DNA of 64,000 nt. Source: a bacterium (GTDB lineage: Bacteria; UBA8248; JACPRG01; G963555815). Below are positions 60,393 to 64,000 of the stretch, in pieces. The notes below the pieces were generated by a model, which did not search any database, was not told the DNA's origin, and was given only the letters and a program-made list of their open reading frames with translations. The stretch's first letter is position 1, and each line of letters opens with the position of its first letter. The translations under genes and the position numbers were made by a program. The DNA is taken from positions 160,001 through 224,000 of the forward strand of contig CAUVWX020000002.1 in the NCBI GenBank assembly GCA_963555815.3, written 5' to 3'.

Positions 60393-63350
60393 TCAGGCAT
60401 CATCGTCCTGCCAGAGCCTGATCTGCTCCGGCTTGTCGATCTTGTCGCCGTAGGCGAGACGGGCGAGGCTGTAGAGGGCCTCGAAGTCGCTTCCCGAAGC
60501 CGCCGCATCGCCTTCGAGTTCAATGCCGGTAAAAATGCCGGTAAAGGCCTTGGAAACCGGCAGAATCTCAAGGACGGCCTCAAGGGCCGCGAAGAAGCGT
60601 GGATCCTGGTCCACCCGCGTGTTGGCGAGCATTTTCTGAGCGGCGGCGAGGGATCGGACGCACGCCGTGTTGGCCGTGTGATGAACGGCGTCGATCATGC
60701 CGCGCGAGCCGTCGGCCGGCCCCAGCGCCCCCTTGGCGGTGCGGCGCGCGCTGTCCCACAAAAGGATATCGCTACCCTTCTTTTCCGCGATCCTGCCGAC
60801 GATGTCGCTGTCGAGATCGATACCGACGGCGCGGGCGAGTCTCAGCGCTTCGTCGTAGGAAAACATCGGCGCCTTGAAGGCGTCCCAGGCAAGCACGAAG
60901 AAGGCGGTGGCCGGATCGAGATCGGCATCCGCCTTCAAATGGGTCAGTTGCTCCAGACGCCAGCGTTTGACCTCGCGCCGGGCCGCGTCCAGCGCATCCT
61001 TTGGCGTCGTGGCATAGGGGTTCCATTCCTCCTCAAACAGCGACTGCTGGTTCCGCCGCCGGCGTTCCTCCGGTATCTCTCGCGGCGTACCGCGTTTCAA
61101 CGGCCAGTGGCGCGAGAATTCCTCCAGAGCGGGGCCGAAGGAGGCAAGATACAGATCGACTCCGGCAATGCCCGCGTCCTGAAATTCCTTGACCCGCGTC
61201 CTCACCGCCTGGGCGACCCGCGGTTCCACGTCCTCCCAATAGAGCTCCTGTTCGGCCTCGAAATCGCCGATGCGCGGGCGGCAAACCAGAAAGATGGTGC
61301 TGTTGGCCGCCGCCTTGTTCCTGATGTGCAGGCTGCCTTCGGCCTCGGTGTTGATCGGCCATGACGCGGTGATGGCGAAACCCGCCTCCATCAGCCCCTT
61401 GGTGAGCGCGTCCCAGGCGCCGGTCGCCTTGTGCGTGAACATCAGGGTCATCACGCCCTCGGGCTTCAGGGTGCGGCGGCATTCGGCAAAAATGGACGCC
61501 ATCCGTCCTGCATAGTCCCGCCCCGCAAGCGCCTTCGCGCCCTTCTGGCCTCGGAACCTCGCCGGATTGGCGACGGCCTCGTTGTCCTTGTCGGTCAGGT
61601 GACGGCGGAACAGGTCGGGGAAGACATGGCCGGCGGTGCGCTTGAGCCAGACATAGAAGAAATCCGACAGCTCGGCGTACATGACGTTGTCGTAATAGGG
61701 CGGGTCCATGACCACCGCGTCGATGCTGCCGTCCTCGATATGGTCGAGGCTGTCGCCCGGCTTGCAGGTGATGGTGATCGGCGGCGAGGTGTATTCCGCC
61801 GCGTCGGCGCCGTTGAACAGATCGCCGGCGCCATTCGCTTCGGGGCGAATCAGCGCGACAAGCTCGTCGATGCATTTGGCAATCTGTTTGATGGCCCAGT
61901 CATAGCCCACGCCAGAGATGAGGGGCGCCATCTCCGCGCAGGACCACTTGAACGAGAAGTCGTGGCGATCGAACGTATTGACCATAACCTCACGGCCGAC
62001 ATGCCAACGGGTCATGCGGGAGTTGTAGTCTCGTAGCTTGTCGAGCGATAACGCTAAGTAGCCGTATGCTGCCCGACGAACCTCGGTCAACTTGCCATCC
62101 GCTCGGTCAGCGTCGAGCATTTCGCGGAAGACCTTAACGCTCGTGCCGTGACAAAGCAGTTGGCGCGGCGAAAACAGGTCGCGCCACAGCGGCATGCCGT
62201 ATTGGATGGGGCGGTCGTCGTTGCTTATTTCGGGAAACCTCTCGCTCGGCACGATGTCCAGTGCTTCCCACTCGGGCAGTTTCTCGGCAAGCCTCGCCTG
62301 GATTTCGGCGCTGTTGTCGTCCTCGCGTCGCGGCGCGCGGTAGCCGCGTATCCATTTGTCTTTGCCCCGCTTACCGGATTTGAGGATCTTTTCGACGCGC
62401 TTCTTGTAGGCGACCGCAAAGAGTTGCTCGCCCATTTGACCAGCCTGGGCTTGGCGCTTGATTTCGTTGCCGTCGATGACGCGACCGCAATCCGAGTAAA
62501 GGCATGTGCCGTCGCCGCGCGACACCGTGCCGGACGATTATTCCCTGGCGGATTTGACGATCTCGAATGAGCAGATCCGGCCATCGGAACCTGGGCCGGA
62601 ACGAAGTTCGGGTTTGAGCCTGACCCCGGTCCCGTCGGGAGCGAGACGCCAGTTCGGCGATAGCGGCACAAGACCGTCGCAATAGGGACAGGTTATGGTG
62701 CGCGCCCAGATGAAATTCGTGGATATGGCGTCTCGATTTTCTTCCGTTGGAAAACACGGTGCGAGGCGCTCTTCTCTCGTGCGAATGAAGCGCTCCGACA
62801 AATGTTCAAATTCGGACTTGAGATTACCGCCGTATCGTGAAGGCCACTCGACAGTTGCGCGCATTATTAGCGTGGACACCGGGTTGAGATCATTCGCAGC
62901 AGCTTCGGTGCCGAGCCGCACCACCTCGAAGGGAACGCTTCCACCTCCAGCGGTTGGGTCGAGAATCGTGAAACTCTCCAAGGAGCGACCAAGCGCGGCC
63001 ATCAACCATTTCTTGTCGTCCGAATCCGGAACGTAACCGAACGCTCGAGGATAGCTGTATGCCTGTCCCTCGAAGCGTTGCCCTCTCCTACGGGCAGCAT
63101 CAATTCTCCGTCTTGTAGCGACCGGATCCCCATGAATCCCCAGGACATGCATAAACTTTTCCCGGTCGGCATCCGCGGGCAGCAAGGAAGCGAGCACCGC
63201 CGCGCGCGACGCCACCAACGGCCGGCGCGCCCACCAGACGTGCAAGCGGTTCGGGGCGGGGAAGGGTGTCATGGGCGTCCGCTCGCGCGTGCTTTCGATA
63301 CCGAGCGCGGCGCTCGGCATCCAACGTTCTATGAGGCGGGTGTCAGGCAT
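60393..63350 (-). pseudogene. DUF1156-type adenine DNA methyltransferase with in-frame TAA at 62538-62540
   Basis: WWARRPL, DPTAGGGSVP, CPYC, DPPY; ORFs 62538-63350 and 60393-62525 are in one frame (SARE*SSGTVSRG). Confidence 0.88.
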
Positions 63351-63579
63351 GTGTCTCGTTCCTCGATCATCATCACCGCCTCATCCCTGGGTGATCTTTG
63401 GGTCGCCGTCGACGCCGTAAACAAGCTTCCCAAATTCGATGGACCAGGAGAAGTGCAGGCGGAGCGGCATGTGCCGTTCTTTACCGTGCCATCGATTTCT
63501 TCGTCACCGATCGACCGATCGGATCGTTGGGGTTCCATGGGGTTGTCGCTTTGCATCGTTTACGCACTGGATTGTCCGG

Positions 63580-64000
63580 TCATCGATTCGGCTCAGTCAG
63601 GAGGAGCCGCAACGCCGCAAGCACCCGGCGTGGATGCTTGCGGTGCATCGCCATGCCAAGCCAATAAGCGGCTTCCTCGTGCCCCATGGCATCAATGCCT
63701 CCGGCCACCGCCCGCATGTTGCCGCGGCTGCGCATCGGAGCAAGCGCACGGAACAGTAGCCCCAGCGTCAGCGCCAAGTCTTCCGTCAGCGTATAGCCGT
63801 CCTTTCTGTTGTCCACGCCTCGCCCCAGCTTTACGCCGGATTGCGAAAGTCGCCTCAGCACCCGGTGTTCAACTAGTTCGAAGTTGCGGCCGCGGAGCCC
63901 AGCGACACGTAGCGGTGATACAACCTGCGGCGTAGCTGTTGTGGGCATCTTCCAAATTTCATGTTCGGTATCGACAGGGCCGTGACGGCGCACCCGCAGT
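63580..64000 (-). CDS. Conserved small protein of DUF499/DUF1156 operons (DUF3780-like position); 5' end outside window
   Basis: Frame open to the window edge; LGLLFRAL...EEAAYWLGM...ALRLLL; directly upstream of the DUF1156 gene. Confidence 0.55.
   Translation of the reverse strand, partial: LRVRRHGPVDTEHEIWKMPTTATPQVVSPLRVAGLRGRNFELVEHRVLRRLSQSGVKLGRGVDNRKDGYTLTEDLALTLGLLFRALAPMRSRGNMRAVAGGIDAMGHEEAAYWLGMAMHRKHPRRVLAALRLLLTEPNR

Noticed and set aside
63329..63556. 75-aa ORF between the small gene and DUF1156
   Set aside because: Low-information sequence; an alternative-frame piece (LRLHFSWSIEFGKLVYGV) hints at a remnant but cannot be assigned.

Overview
GC-rich bacterial chromosome segment from a diderm (it has lptCAB, mla and tolC genes). 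It splits into four parts. (1) 1-985: pntB 3' end, arsC and tRNA-Phe. (2) About 1-23.7 kb: a mosaic integrated island. It starts with a phage-satellite-like module (tyrosine integrase, RHH and excisionase proteins, iteron/palindrome origin, AAA_25 helicase). Its cargo is an integrase-less integron cassette array (two full attC sites and one partial; GIY-YIG-like and PLD-like cassettes), a TPR protein, a disrupted type IIG-like RM gene, a DnaJ/Zn-finger protein, a PolB2-type three-gene operon with a candidate SOS box, lipoprotein pairs and DUF72. Three direct copies of an unexplained 90-120 bp G/C-tract repeat divide the cargo, and the island ends in a decayed tRNA-Ala 3' half. (3) About 24-56.5 kb: a cytoplasmic phosphorelay/sigma-54 operon, then housekeeping genes (mlaE-mlaD-tolC-mlaC, archaeal-type ribK, E2, tRNA-Met, tilS, ftsH, pdxJ, nnr, tsaE, lptCAB, rpoN, hprK, PTS, metK, ahcY, amidase, der, EF-G paralog, MerR, tRNA-Pro). 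(4) After tRNA-Pro: a second island with a PIN-toxin remnant and a PLD-SNF2 helicase / DUF1156 methyltransferase putative defence operon that runs off the window. All family assignments come from motif recognition by eye; no searches were run.
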